Source: Malacoraja senta
Taxonomy: Eukaryota
DNA: 64,000 bases
Direction of reading: 5' to 3'
Assembly (NCBI GenBank): GCA_038087875.1
Contig: CM075989.1
Coordinates: 20,586,001-20,650,000 of the forward strand
Shown piece by piece: positions 25,871-39,278 of this stretch. The first letter of the stretch is position 1. Each line of letters begins with the position of its first letter. Below the pieces are notes generated by a model that did not search any database, was not told where the DNA came from, and was given only the letters and a program-made list of their open reading frames with translations. The translations under genes and the position numbers were made by a program.

Positions 25871-26871
25871 TGTTGTCACTTCATTGTTGGTTCAACCTGC
25901 TGGAACTCTAAAAGTAATGGCTAAACTCACGGAGAGTTGCAGGGGGTTTCTGAAGGCGGCTCACCAACACATCCCAAGAGCATTTAGGGATGAACAACAA
26001 ATGCTGGCCTTGTCGACGTGGATCCAATGCCATGAATGAACTTTAAAAAATGAAAAGGTGATACTGGGCTGGTAAATGTGGCTCTGATATCATCAGTGGG
26101 TTCATATTCATGTTTACCATGCCACCACACCTAGCAACCAGAGGAAATATTTCCACTGATCTTTTAATAGCTGAAATTCAATATGGTGTGCGTCGCTAAT
26201 GATAACAAATTGATATTGCGTTATGCCTTATTCCTACCGGTAGCTGGATTTAGAGTCAGGCTTGCTGCGTTTTGCTCCTATGTACACAATCTTAAATATA
26301 CACAAAATGCTGGAGTAACTCAGCAGGACAGGCAGCATTTCTGGAGAGAAGGAATGGATGACATATCGAGTCTCGACCGGAAACGTCACCCATTCATTCC
26401 TTCTCTCCAGAGATACTGACTGTCCCGCAGAGTTACTCCAGCATTTTGTGTCTACCCTCGGTGTAAACCGGCATCTGCAGTTCCTTCCTATACAAAATCT
26501 TAATTCTGGTTTCTGAAGTGGCCTCAATTTCAAATTCATAGTTCAAATCTGATTTGTGACTGCAGTGCGAGTGCCACTCCATAAGTACGTTTTTTTTTGC
26601 CATTAATTTGATTAAATATATATTCATGTTTTTGTAATAGAAAGCTGTCCAGGGGAGGTGTGCACCAATAATTTGCAGAATTAACTCTGTAAATCCTCTT
26701 ATTCTGCCAGTGCACAATTTAATATAAAAGCACAGAACTTCTTAATTCTTTAAATATGGGGCTGCAACAGTACATCATTACTTTTATTCCTCTGCTGGAA
26801 TAGCTGTACAAACAACACTGAGTTTGTGTACCTTTCATCTTTCCTTCACCAGCTTTGTGTTGTGAACTGTT

Positions 26872-27045
26872 CAAGAAGAAACTACAGATGCTGGAGAATC
26901 GAAGGTATGACAAAATTGCTGGAGAAACTCAGCGGGTGCGGCAGCATCTATGGAGCGAAGGAAATAGACCCGAAACGTTGCCTATTTCCTTCGCTCCATA
27001 GATGCTGCCGCACCCGCTGAGTTTCTCCAGCAATTTTGTCATACC
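26872..27045. mobile_element. Penelope-derived fold-back hairpin insertion
   Basis: Identical inverted arms. TSD ttgt(g/a)ttgtgaactgtt at 26855 and 27046. Confidence 0.88.
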
Positions 27046-28551
27046 TTGTATTGTGAACTGTTATGAGTTGCACCGCTGAACATTTAATTAAAAAAAATTT
27101 AATTATCTATTTTGAAAATAAAGTACTCCAAATGTTCCAAATTGTATTAACCTTCCCTGATAGATTGGCACATGTCACACACTGCACCAAAGTTGCATTC
27201 CTTTGAAATCTGTGTTGGGTTGATTGATTTTGTGTCACACGCACCAAGTTACTTTTTCTCCAGAAATGCTGCCCGACCTGCTGAGTTACAACTGCACTTT
27301 GTGTCTATCTTTGATATAAACCAACATCTGCGGTTCTTTGTTTTGAATGTAAAATCTTTTGTTTGGCTGCTATCCAATTAAATCAGATCGTACAATGGCA
27401 TCGTACAGAAGTAAAACACTTCGTCGAGAGTCATACAGCGTGGAAACAGGCCCTTCGGCCCAACTTGCCCTCGTCAACCAACAGGTCCCATCTACACTAG
27501 TCCCACCTGCCTACGTTTGGCTCATTTCCCTCTATCTGTCCACATATATTTGAAGCATAGTGATACTACCTGCTTCAACTGGCCAGTTCATTGGCCAGTT
27601 CATTGGCTATATTTAAGAGGGAGTTAGATGTGGCCCTTGTGGCTAAAGGGATCAGGGGGTATGGAGAGAAGGCAGGTACAGGATACTGAGTTGGATGATC
27701 AGCCATGATCATATTGAATGGCGGTGCAGGCTCGAAGGGCCGAATGGCCTACTCCTGCACCTATTTTCTATGTTTCTAACTACTTCATCCAGCAGTTCAT
27801 ACCCAATACCTACCACTCTTATTATTTTTTTTTTAATTTGCTCCTCGGGTTGTTATTAAATCCTTTCCCATCCCCCTCACCTTAAACCTATGTCCTCTGG
27901 TTCTTGAACTAGGATTCAAGAACCATACTCAAGAGTAGTAGTGCTCAAGTGACAAATAACAGAGTATGGAGATTATGGAATGGAGATTTAGAAGAGTGGA
28001 GTGATTGTATTAGAGGATAGCAGATCCTAATGTGGGATCAGCACATAGAGTTGCCACACTCAGGCAGGCAGCAAGTCCTCTATTGGGACCTGTGTAGGAA
28101 AGAACTGCAAATGTTGGTTTAAATCGAAGGTAGACACAAAATGCTGGAGTAACACAGCGGGACAGGCAGCATCTCTGGAGAGAAGGAATGGGTGATGTTT
28201 TGGGCCGAGACCCTTCTTCAGACTGAATTGGGATGTGTCCTATTCTCTGACATGTTGTTTGAACCTGCATTCTACATTTCTTCCTCATTACACCTCAGCT
28301 GCTACATACAGTAGGCAATTCTGCTGCTTCAGCTGGGAAATCCTTCTTATCCTGGCCGTTTTGTAGCTTTCTGCAGTCTCCTATGCTGGAGTTCCTGGGG
28401 TGAAATTTTGTTGGCCCACAGTTGCCTCTTGTCTGAGATGGACAATTTAGGATTTTCTCCATACGGTACCAAACCCTAATGGCATCTGTTTCAGAAGGAT
28501 GCTGAATCACAACATAGGGACATTGTTCTGTAGGTGAAATTAAATCTGAAT

Positions 28552-28684
28552 TAAGTCTGAAGAAGGGTTCCGACCCGAAACGTCAACCATCCCTTTTCTC
28601 CGGAGATGCTGCCTGACCCGCTGAGCTACACAGCACTTTGTGTCTATCTTTGGTATAAACCAACATCTGCAGTTACTTTCCTCT
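28552..28684 (+). mobile_element. Short Penelope-derived insertion with intact hammerhead-like core
   Basis: CTGAAGAAGGGTTCCGACCCGAAACGTC at 28557-28584, flanked by aaattaaat(c/t)tgaat duplications. Confidence 0.75.
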
Positions 28685-30211
28685 AAATTAAATTTGAATC
28701 CTGACAGTGGAACTTGGTTTAGGAGCTCAGGATTCTGAAGCTAGAGTCAGAGGTGTCCTTTAACATCATTGATAAAAGTAACGTTGAAATACAGATTTAT
28801 CTATTTAGAGTTGATAGAAGCAATCAGGATACCAGCTGCAAAATCAATGGTGTTCAAAGGGATCTTGTGTTCTTGTGATGATCAGAAAATGACTTTCAAC
28901 GGCTGACTATTTAGTTGTAAATAACTGTCACAACGAAGCTACTACAAAAAGCTGAAAATGTTTTGTATTTTTGAATCCCGAGTTCCACTGTATTTTGTAC
29001 TTTGAGCAAGCAGAATTAGGGAGGCGCAAGAAACTGCAGATTGAGCAGAAAACAAAAGACTGGAGCTGGACACAAAGCTGGAGTAACTCAGTGGGACAGG
29101 CAGCATCTCTGGATGGAAGGAATTGCCGTTGTATCGATTCCAGACCCTTCTTCAGATTGAAAAAGGGTCTCGACCTGAAACATCACCCGTTTCTTCTATC
29201 CAGAGATGCTGCCCGTCCCGCTGAATTACTCCAGCATTTTGTGTATCTTCCATGTAAACCAGCATCTGCAGTTCCTTCCTACACAAAAGGCTGGAGCTAT
29301 TCAGCAGGTCAGGCAGCATCAGTGGGGGGAATGGACAGACAATGATTCGGGTCAAGTTCCTGATGGTGTAGGAGGGAGAAAGCTGGAATAGTGAGTGTCT
29401 TTGGTGTGTTACACTGGCTTCGTTACTACTAACCAAACAATGTTTTTAATACATAGTTTCTTCAAAGACTATTTCAGCAAAGATTAATGTCCGTCTGAAC
29501 CCAATAGCTAGTTTGATGAAAGTGGAGTCTGAAGAAGGGTCCCGACCTGAAATGTCGCCTATCCACTTTCACCAAAGATGCTGCCTGACCCGCTGAGTTA
29601 CTCCAGCACTTTGTGTCTATCTGTGGAGACTGGAAACTTGAGCTTGCATCTTGGTGATGCAGCGGCATGACTTTCAAGGGGCAGTGGCACAGAATGAGAG
29701 GGAGATTGGGAGGGTGGCCTTTTTTTTTTTACTATAGAGCACGATATCTATGGGACAGCATTACAGAATGTCTAGAAAGTGAAAGGAGACTTGTGGAGAC
29801 AGCTAGGCCCCAAAAGTACCCAGGCAGTGCCATTTTTAAAGGTGCAAGGAGCAGATGATACAACTCTGCACTTGTTATTTGTTGACGTAAAGGAAACGTC
29901 AGCAGCTCTGCAGATTGACTGCTGGCCAAGTCTAGCTCAGATCACGAACGTGGGCGTGAAGGGACTGACAGTGTGCCTGGCTCGCCTCCATTTTTTTTCC
30001 CTCTTTCTTAAAATAAACTAAGGCGGGGGAATTCCCATTGGGAAATCCAGAGACCGAACAAGATGGACATTCCTATGGCAGATCAATAACCATATGCCAG
30101 AAATAACAAATTAAAGCAAAATAGTTGGGAACAAGTTTGGATATGTGTAGGATGCTGAATGAGCAGAAACCTGACCAATTCATAAAATGGACAACATATG
30201 ACAATGAATTA

Positions 30212-30386
30212 TGTGTAAGAAGGAACTGCAGATGCTGGTCTACACTGAAGATGGACACCAAATGCTGAGTGACTCAGCGGGTCAGGAGCTCAGTCTGATG
30301 AAGGTTCTTGACCCGAAACGTCACCTATTCCTTTTCCCCAGAGATGCTGCCTGACCCACTGAATTACTCCAGCATTTTGTGTCTAT
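30212..30386. mobile_element. Penelope-derived inverted-arm insertion with CTGATGA core
   Basis: TSD tgacaat(g/a)aatta at 30199 and 30387. Core at 30295-30322. Confidence 0.78.
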
Positions 30387-31478
30387 TGACAATAAATTAA
30401 ACTACTTTATCCTATTGAGAGGAAAAATTGGTTTCCAGAATAATATGATTAATCAACCTGTTTTGGGGAAAAATAGATTAAATGATAGTTGAAGTGAGGG
30501 AAATGGAGCCTTTACTTCTGACTGAGACACAAAGAACTGCAGATGAATCTTGAGCAAAACTCAACAGGTAAGGCAGCAGAGACACAAAAAGCTGGTTTAA
30601 CTCAGCAGGACAGGCAGCATCTATGGAGAGAAGGAATGGGTGACGTATTGGGTCAAGACCCTTCTTCATTCATGCAGCATCTCTGGAGAACATGGATAGG
30701 CGACATTTTGGGTTGGGACCCTTCTTGTGACCTTGGTACCAACCTGAAACGTCGCCTATCCATGTCCTCCTGAGATGTTGCCTGACCCGCTGACTTACTC
30801 CAACACTTTGTGATTTTTTTTCTATATTCATGACTTTTCTGTTTTGTGACTTTTATTTCAAGAAGGGATTTTTTTTTCTTAACCACAAATAAAATTTGGA
30901 AAGGGTTAACTAAATGCCAGTGAGATCCCGATGACAATGCTATGATGAAGTGTCAAAACTGGTTGAAACCATGTCCTGACTACAACAGGATAAGTCAGGC
31001 TTAGGTTGGACCTGAAATTCAAATTCAAAGATTAGTATTATCGGACTTGCGATGGTTTCCTGTGAGCTCCCACAGCAGGAGACTTGAAACTCTTCATTTA
31101 CACTCGCTATGTTACGGGCTGGTTCGCCCACCAGTCTGGATAAACCATGTGATGTCTGTACAAATATAATTGCATCCATTACATTTTGTTATTCTTAACA
31201 TATTTTGAAGTTATATTTATTGACTGGATTAATTGGTTTAATTCATAAGGGATGCAGTGGTGTAATTTTCCTGCAGATGATTTTTGACCATCTGGCCAAG
31301 CTGACACGACGGAGTGAGATTTATGCTGATCTGCCAAATTTTATTTAAAATATCTATGCGTTTGCAGTTTGCTCAGTTTTATGCCTGTTTTAACCTGCTT
31401 ATTGCAATTTGTTGGTCTACAAGAGTTCCAAAATGAGCGTAACACCAGGAGTTGGGTGAATTGTGGAATTTGTTAATT

Positions 31479-31876
31479 AGTGTGTGTGTGTCTGAGTGTG
31501 TGTGTGTCTGAGTGTGTGTCTGTCAGAGTGTGTGTCTGTGTCTGAGTGTGTGTCTGTGTCTGAGTCTGTGTCTGAGTGTGTGTCTGTGTCTGTGTCTGTC
31601 TGAGTGTGTGTGTCTGAGTGTGTGTGCTCGAGTGTGTGCGTGTGTGTGTGTCTGAGTGTGTCCGAGTGTGTGTCTGTGTCAGAGTGTGTGTCTGTGTCTG
31701 AGTGTGTGTGTCTGAGTGTGTGTGCTCGAGTGTGTGCGTGTGTGTGTGTGTCCAAGTGTGTCTGTGTGTGTGTGTCTGAGTGTGTGCGTGTGTGAGCGTG
31801 CTTGTGAGTGTGCGTCTGAGTGCCGGAGACTGAGTGTGTGTCTGCATATGCGTGTGTGTGCATGCCTGAGTGTGTC
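31479..31876. repeat. Compound (TG)n/(TCTGAGTG) microsatellite
   Basis: Seen directly. It generates the low-complexity TH/CV ORFs. Confidence 0.95.
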
Positions 31877-32559
31877 AGTGTTTCAGGGCTGCTGAGTACC
31901 TGGTTGCATTACCTGAGTGCTTGTGATCAGACACAGAAACAACCATAACTGTGCTCGCTCTGGAAACAAGGGCTTTGCACATTTCTTGGCCAACTTGCCC
32001 CTTCTTTTCAAAGCACTTGTTGCTATTTAAGTAAATGAGTCATGTTCTTATTTTTTTTAAATCCACATGACCTAATGGAACATTTCAAAATTTTGATGAA
32101 ACTGGATAAACGTGATCTAGAAAAAATATCTCAAAAGCTCAAAGCTTAGCTTGGATATTAGGAATGCAGCAACTAATTAGATTTAGACAGATGGACCATT
32201 TCATACAAAATTTAATCGACATATTAGACACTATTGATAAGGCTGATCAATCAAAAATGTTGTCTAGTTCAGCTTATATATTTCTGCAGAAAGAGGTGAC
32301 CATAGATATGTTAAGGAAAACATTGAAACCCTTAATTAGCAGATTGATAGTTGGGAGTGATGGAAATTACTGCAGAATTTATTTTGCTTTTTAGATTTGT
32401 TTTAGATAATTTATGTACTTATGGCTGATGTATTTTTCTAATGATGTTATCCAAAACCAAATGCGGATTAAATTTTAAAACAATTAGTTTCATCTATAGC
32501 AACATTTATTCTTACAGATGGCAAGGAATAGTTTTTGTAAGGCAGTACTTAAATTCTTA

Positions 32560-33151
<592 letters not shown>

Positions 33152-34179
33152 TAGCTATAATTTAATTTGAGTTTTGTGCAAGGCATTGATCATTTGTTTG
33201 CAGCATGTGTCCATTTATTTGGTGGTAAAAGTAATTTTATCAGATATAGATCTTAACAAAATATTCAACAATGGCAAATATTACAGAATTAAAATTCTGA
33301 TACTTATTGAGATGTTGCTACAGCTGGCTGTAGCTCTAACGTCAGGTTTTATAAAGAAAACAATTAGGTGTAGTTAACCCTGGGACTGATGTGGGTGTTA
33401 TACGTGAAAGTTGAGGCTGTTTAGTGTTCTACTTCTAGCAAGCGGAGAGGTTCAATCTGTTAATCTAGGTGGTGTTGTTCACTCACTGGCCCTTATGCAC
33501 TCTCCCTAAACACTAGGGAAGTTATGACAACCAATAAACAGCAGTATACACCATGACTTTGAAATAACAGGAGTGTTGTAATATTGGAACTACAGTGTAC
33601 TGAGACCCTCGGGCAAATGTTACAGAAGTTCTTCTTGACTGAATGTGGTCGGAGTCTGTGATGAGGAAATACCTTTATGAAATGTGAAAAGTATAGATTT
33701 ACAAGCTATTTAAGTCCACCACATCTATTATACTCTGTCGAAGATCACTGCTGATCTGTGGTGTGACTCCACATATCCGTCTTCAAGAGTGTTTAGAAAT
33801 GTATATCTTTGGTGAATAATACCATTCTCGGGTTCCAAATGAGCAATGGGCTTGGTATTAGTTGTTATTTATGAAAGAGAATTCCACAAAGGTGGGGAGA
33901 GGAAGGAAGCTTGAATATTTAAACTCATTGAAATCGATAGAAATGGGAATCATCTCCCCTTTACCATCTTGGACATCTCAATAAGACCACATCTTCTTTC
34001 CCCTCACAAATTCTAGAGAATACATTCTTGCTTGTGTAACTGCTCCCTGGGGTCCAGGAGTCATTCTGATAATTCTGTTCTATACTCCCATTTATAGCTG
34101 ATAAACCACCAAGGATCTGGCGCCCAGAATATTTGTGATACTCTTGTTGTGCTGACATCAAGACCCTATTAACATAACA

Positions 34180-34512
34180 CCATAAGACATAGGAGCAGAA
34201 TTAGGCCATTCAACCCATCGAGTCTACTCTGCCAATTCAATCATGGCTGATCTATTTTTCCCTCTCAACCCCATTCTGCCGCCTTCCCCCCATAACCTTC
34301 CTAATCAAGCACCTATCAATCTCAGCCTTAAAAATACCCCTTGTCTTAAACATAGACCCTGCAGCCGTCTGTGTTAATAAATTCCACAGATTCACCACCC
34401 ACTGGCTATAGAAAATCCTCATCTCCAATTTGGAGGTACGTCCTTTTATTCTGAGGCTGTGCTCTCTGGTTCTGGACTCTCCCATTACTGGAAACATCTT
34501 TTCAACGTCCAC
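34180..34512 (-). mobile_element. CR1-clade fragment
   Basis: DVEKMFPVMGESRTREHSLRIKG plus 3' UTR. Confidence 0.8.
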
Positions 34513-34904
34513 CTAGCTTTCATGAATCAGGCCCTCACTGATCTGTTGAAAACATTCAAGGTGTTCGATTGCTCAATTCTAATTTATAAGCACTCCAATT
34601 CCTGACCACAGATGCAATCTCTAAACATTCCAAGTTTCCATACCCTAAATGTTGGGGACGAATTTAGGGCATTTGGGGAACGCAAGATATCGGGTATATT
34701 ATCTTTGTATCAGTGAATAGGCAACAGAAAGGAAATACTTTAGATGACCTGTGCTTATTTTAAATGGAAACTTGGCTATGAAACTGGATGAGCTTGTGTG
34801 GGAATCAGGGGCATGGCAGTCCTGTAGCTGAATGATATTTTAATGGTGTGTGTGTGTGTGTGTGTGTAAACATAAATAAATTGTGCAAAGAAGCTTTGTT
34901 TCTG

Positions 34905-35320
34905 TGGCTCGTGTAGCATAGTGCTGCAGTTGGCGGAGCTGCTGTCTCTCAGCACCAGAGACCAGGGGTTTATTCCTGACTTTGGGTGCTGTCTGTGCAG
35001 AGATTGCACGTACTCCTTGTGACTGTATTGGTCACAAGGAGTACGTGCTCCGATTTCCTCCAACATCTCAAGAGCATGAGGGTGGTTGTGTTAATTGGCA
35101 ACTGTAAATGGCCTCTAGTTTGTAAGGGAGTGGTAGAATCTAGAATCGTTGTATGTGGGGGATGGGATGTAGGCCGGGGGGGAGGGGGTCAGTTGATAGG
35201 GGTTTGAAGATAGTGTGCGGAGAATAGATGAAACATGGTTAATGCAGGATTGATGTAAATTTGGTAATTGATGGTCAGTCTGGAGCCGATGTTTCCATGT
35301 AATGTCTCTCCGAGTCTGTG
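34905..35320 (+). mobile_element. Diverged HE1-like SINE
   Basis: Degenerate head and core homologous to the other copies. Confidence 0.6.
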
Positions 35321-37907
35321 ACATAAAATGTGAAAGTATGTGTTATTCTGTCTGCATCTTTTCTCCTTGGGAGAACCCAAGGAAAAAAAGAACTGACCAA
35401 CGTTCTAGAATGCATTGAAAACAGATTTTTTTATTCTTGTAATAATATTGTTGACAATCCGGGTTTTGACAATATCAATTTACACCTCCACAAGAAATCG
35501 TCAGCACGAAACAATGCCTTTTGCGTCAGAAACAAATGTTATGATTGTGTTGTAGGGATGATCTGTCAGGAGGAATGCTGCTGGTTAGAAAACTTCTCGG
35601 AGAATGTGTGATATTATCTCGTAAAAGGACAAGTTGGTCCTTTCACAAAGCGAACTGTGTCATCGGGGTATCTGTTTGGAAACAGAACTTCAGAACTGCA
35701 AAACAACTTTCCAGTGGCGTAGCTTATTGTACTAAGATTCAGACCACCGAATCTGGTTTGCTTGCGTCAGTGTTATCTGCTGCCACCAGTTTCTAAAAAT
35801 ACACGGAAAACAAACAAACTGCGGACGCCAGTCAGTAGTAAGCATCCACCAAAATTATTTAACATGATGCACAGAAGGTTTATTCCTCATTACCCTCAAC
35901 TCCCTAGTTATCTTGTTGAATTTAAATAAATGTTTGGTGTAGAACATTGCAATTAAAAGAACCGTGTGACTTATTTTTCAATTATCTGGACTGTAATTCT
36001 ACTGCATCCTCTTCCAGCCTGAGGATATTGTTTTTATTTTGTTTTAAATGGCTGTGTCTTTCTCCATTTGAAGTGTTTTTGTCTCTGGACCTTGCTGTAG
36101 TGAGATAGAAAACCATTTTGCCCAGTTCAAGGTTCTTCCTAAGTTAGCCCAACTAGAGAGCGGTCCTGACCTACCATCTACCTCATTGGAGACCCTTGGA
36201 CTATCTTTAATCGGACTTTATCGTGCGCTGAACGTTATTCCCCTTTGTCCTGTATCTGCTTACTGTGCGATCGTAATCATGTATAGTCTTTTGGCTGACT
36301 GGATAGCACGCAACAAAAAGCTTTTCATTGTACCTTGGTACACGTACCATAAATTAACCTAAACTCCTTCAGAGACGAAAGAGGTGGAAAGGAGTAAGTT
36401 GTAGCAAATCCCTGGTTTATTTATCAATCCCTTTTTTGTGTTTTTATCCATCTCACTGGTTCTGGCTCTTAAGGGTGTAACTGAAAATGTAAACTTGTCA
36501 TAAGACGTTTTTTGTACAATCCCTTTCCTATGAGACGCATGGATAGGTAGACAGTCGGAACTTTTACCCCAGCATTGAAATGTCAAAAACTAGAGGGAAT
36601 AGTTCAAGGTGAGAGGGGTATGGTTCAAAGGAGATGTACGAGACAAGTGGGGTTTTTTTGCACAAAAGGTGTGGGTGCCTGAAATGGGTTGCAAGGGGGT
36701 GGTGGTAGAGGCAGATAAGATAAGCATTTAACAGGCTTTTACATAGGCTCATGGATATGTAAAGGAATGTAGGAATATGGATCACGTGTAGGCAGAGGAG
36801 CTTAGTTTCACTTGGCATCATTGTTCGGCACGGACATTGTGGGCCAAAGTCTGCTCTGTTCCTGTGCATTATTTTTCCATGTTCATCCTATCATAAATTG
36901 CATTACATATGCTGTATACATTTTACCTCAGCTGTATACATTAAAAAAAAAATTCCAAATGAATTTGTATGACAAGCTTGAGTTTAAAAAATGCTTGCAG
37001 AAATTGAGCCAAAAATATTGACCATTGATTTTTTAAAATTCAATTTTTTATTGACTCATGCTCTTCCTTAGTTTGAATTCTTTTAACAAACGTTCAAGAT
37101 TCCCTTTGGGGAAGTTTTTTTTTTAAATCTACGTTAAAGAGAGACAACACAAGACCTGACGATATTTCAGGTAACCAGCCTTTGAACTTTGTCTTCGAAG
37201 ATGCTTCTCTTGTGAAGAAAACAAATGTAAAAAAAACCCACGTGTGTTGAAAACGTAAAAATAGAAACAGAAGATGCTGTAAACTCTCTGCAGATTGGGC
37301 AACATCCATGGGTGTAGGGAAACCGAGCCAATGTTTCAGGTTGAAGATCCTTCATGAGAAATGTAAAGAAACATATTAGTTTTAATTTGCAGAGAGGTGG
37401 ATAGGACAAAGAGATGGATAGGACAAAGGAAAACTTCTGAAAGGGTGAAGGCAGGATTGCTATAGAGTTGAACTTTTGAATTTGATGGATTGATAAGTGA
37501 CGTTGGAGAGAGAAAACCTTTGCTTCCTTTGGGAAATCTCTACCTTCTGCATTTTCCTTATTCCTCAGAATTGTTTAACCACATTTATCTGTTTCTGACC
37601 TTAACTTCATTGGAGGTTTCCCACCTTAACCACAATGGAGAACGAGGAGTCATGAAGATCAACGTTTAGTTTAGTTTGGAGATAATATTGACGGACGGCA
37701 CAGTGGTGCTGAGATAGAGGTTCCTGCCTCACAGCGCCATAGACCTGGGTTTGATCCTGACTGGAGTTTGTACATTCTCCCTGTGGCCGCGTGGCTTTTG
37801 TCTGGGTGAAGGGCCTGTTTCCACGCTGTATCTCTAAACTAAGTTATAGCATTCGAAACAGGGTGTTAGGCCCACTGAATCCCCAACATGGATTCACACA
37901 AAGTCTA

Positions 37908-38093
37908 AGGTAGACAAAAGTGCTGGAGAAACTCAGCGGGTGCAGCAGCATTTATGGAGCGAAGGAAATAGGCAACGCTTCGGCCCGAGACGTTGCCTAT
38001 TTCCTTCGCTCCATAGATGCTGCTGCACCCGCTGAGTTTCTCCAGCACTTTTGTCTACCTTCGATTTTCCAGCATCTGCAGTTCCTTCTTAAA
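37908..38093. mobile_element. Penelope-derived hairpin nested in a minus-strand HE1-like SINE
   Basis: TSD cacacaaagtcta at 37895 and 38094, with inverted arms. Confidence 0.85.
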
Positions 38094-39209
38094 CACACAA
38101 AGTCTATGTGATTCCACTTTCGTATCCACTCCCTACACACTAGGAGCAATTTACAGAGGCCAATTAACCGGACATCTTTGGGATATGGGAAGAAACCATA
38201 GGAAACCCACGCAACCATGAGGAGAATGTGCAAACTCCGCACCCGAGGTCAAGATCGAACTTGGGTCTCTGGCGCTGTGAGGCTGTGGCTCTACCAGCTG
38301 TGCCACCGTGCCGCTGATGTATTGATTGAATTATTTTCTTTACAGACCCTTCACTTAACTTGCCTGCTTTGCAAGTAACTCCGGGGTAATACCTCTCCCA
38401 TTCCTTCCGACGATGAACTTATTGGTATTGTCGTCCTCCACTAATTTCCTCTGTTCTGGGCCTACCATGTGGAGCCTTTAAAAAGCTTTATACCGCATGT
38501 TCCTTAAATCAAATCTTCTGTTCCGTTTTTCAAGCCGCCCACGTTAGTTCAGTGCCTGTTCTTTGCTTCTCTCTGTCAATTAGCAGCTGCAGTATAAATA
38601 CAATTTGATGCCTCCGTATTGCCAGAGAAATTTGCACAGACTCCGTGCTTGGGCAGCATCCAAAATCTAAGTGTGGCAAGATCACTAGCTCCACTGCTCC
38701 AGGACATAGGTTTCAGGTGGGAGGGGGGTGGTGGGGGAGAGAAGAGATTTAATAGGAATCTGAGGGCCAGGTTTTTTTACACAAAGGGTGATGGAAGTAT
38801 GGAAGGAACTGCCAGAGGAGGTAGTTGAGGCACGTACTATCAAAACATTCTAAAGGAATGAGTGGGTTAGCATATGATGAGTGTTTGACAGCACTGGGCC
38901 TCTACTGGCTGGAGTTTAGAAGGTTGAGGGGTGACCTCATTGAAACGATTAGAACGGGTGTAGAGGGTTATGGGGAGTAGGCAGGAAAATGGGATTCGGA
39001 GGCAGAGATCAGCCATGATTTGAATGGCGGAGTAGACTCGATGGGCCGAATGGCCTAATTCTACTCCAATAACTTGTGAGGTGAAAAGACATTTGGACAA
39101 GTACATGGATAGGATAGGTTGAGAAGGATGGGTCAGATACAGGCAGGTTGGAACTGGGTAGATGGGGCATGTTGGTTAGCATGGGTGAGTTGGGCCAAAA
39201 GGCCAGTTT

Positions 39210-39278
39210 CTATGACGCTATGACTCTATGGCTCTATGACGCTATGACTCTATGACTCTTTGTCTCTATGTCTCTATA
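39210..39278 (+). repeat. 8-mer (ctatgact-like) tail expansion of a CR1-type element
   Basis: Directly follows a gggccaaaaggcc..tttc LINE terminus. Confidence 0.7.

Noticed and set aside
31473..31863. Thr/His-rich ORFs
   Set aside because: Translations of a compound (TG)n microsatellite.
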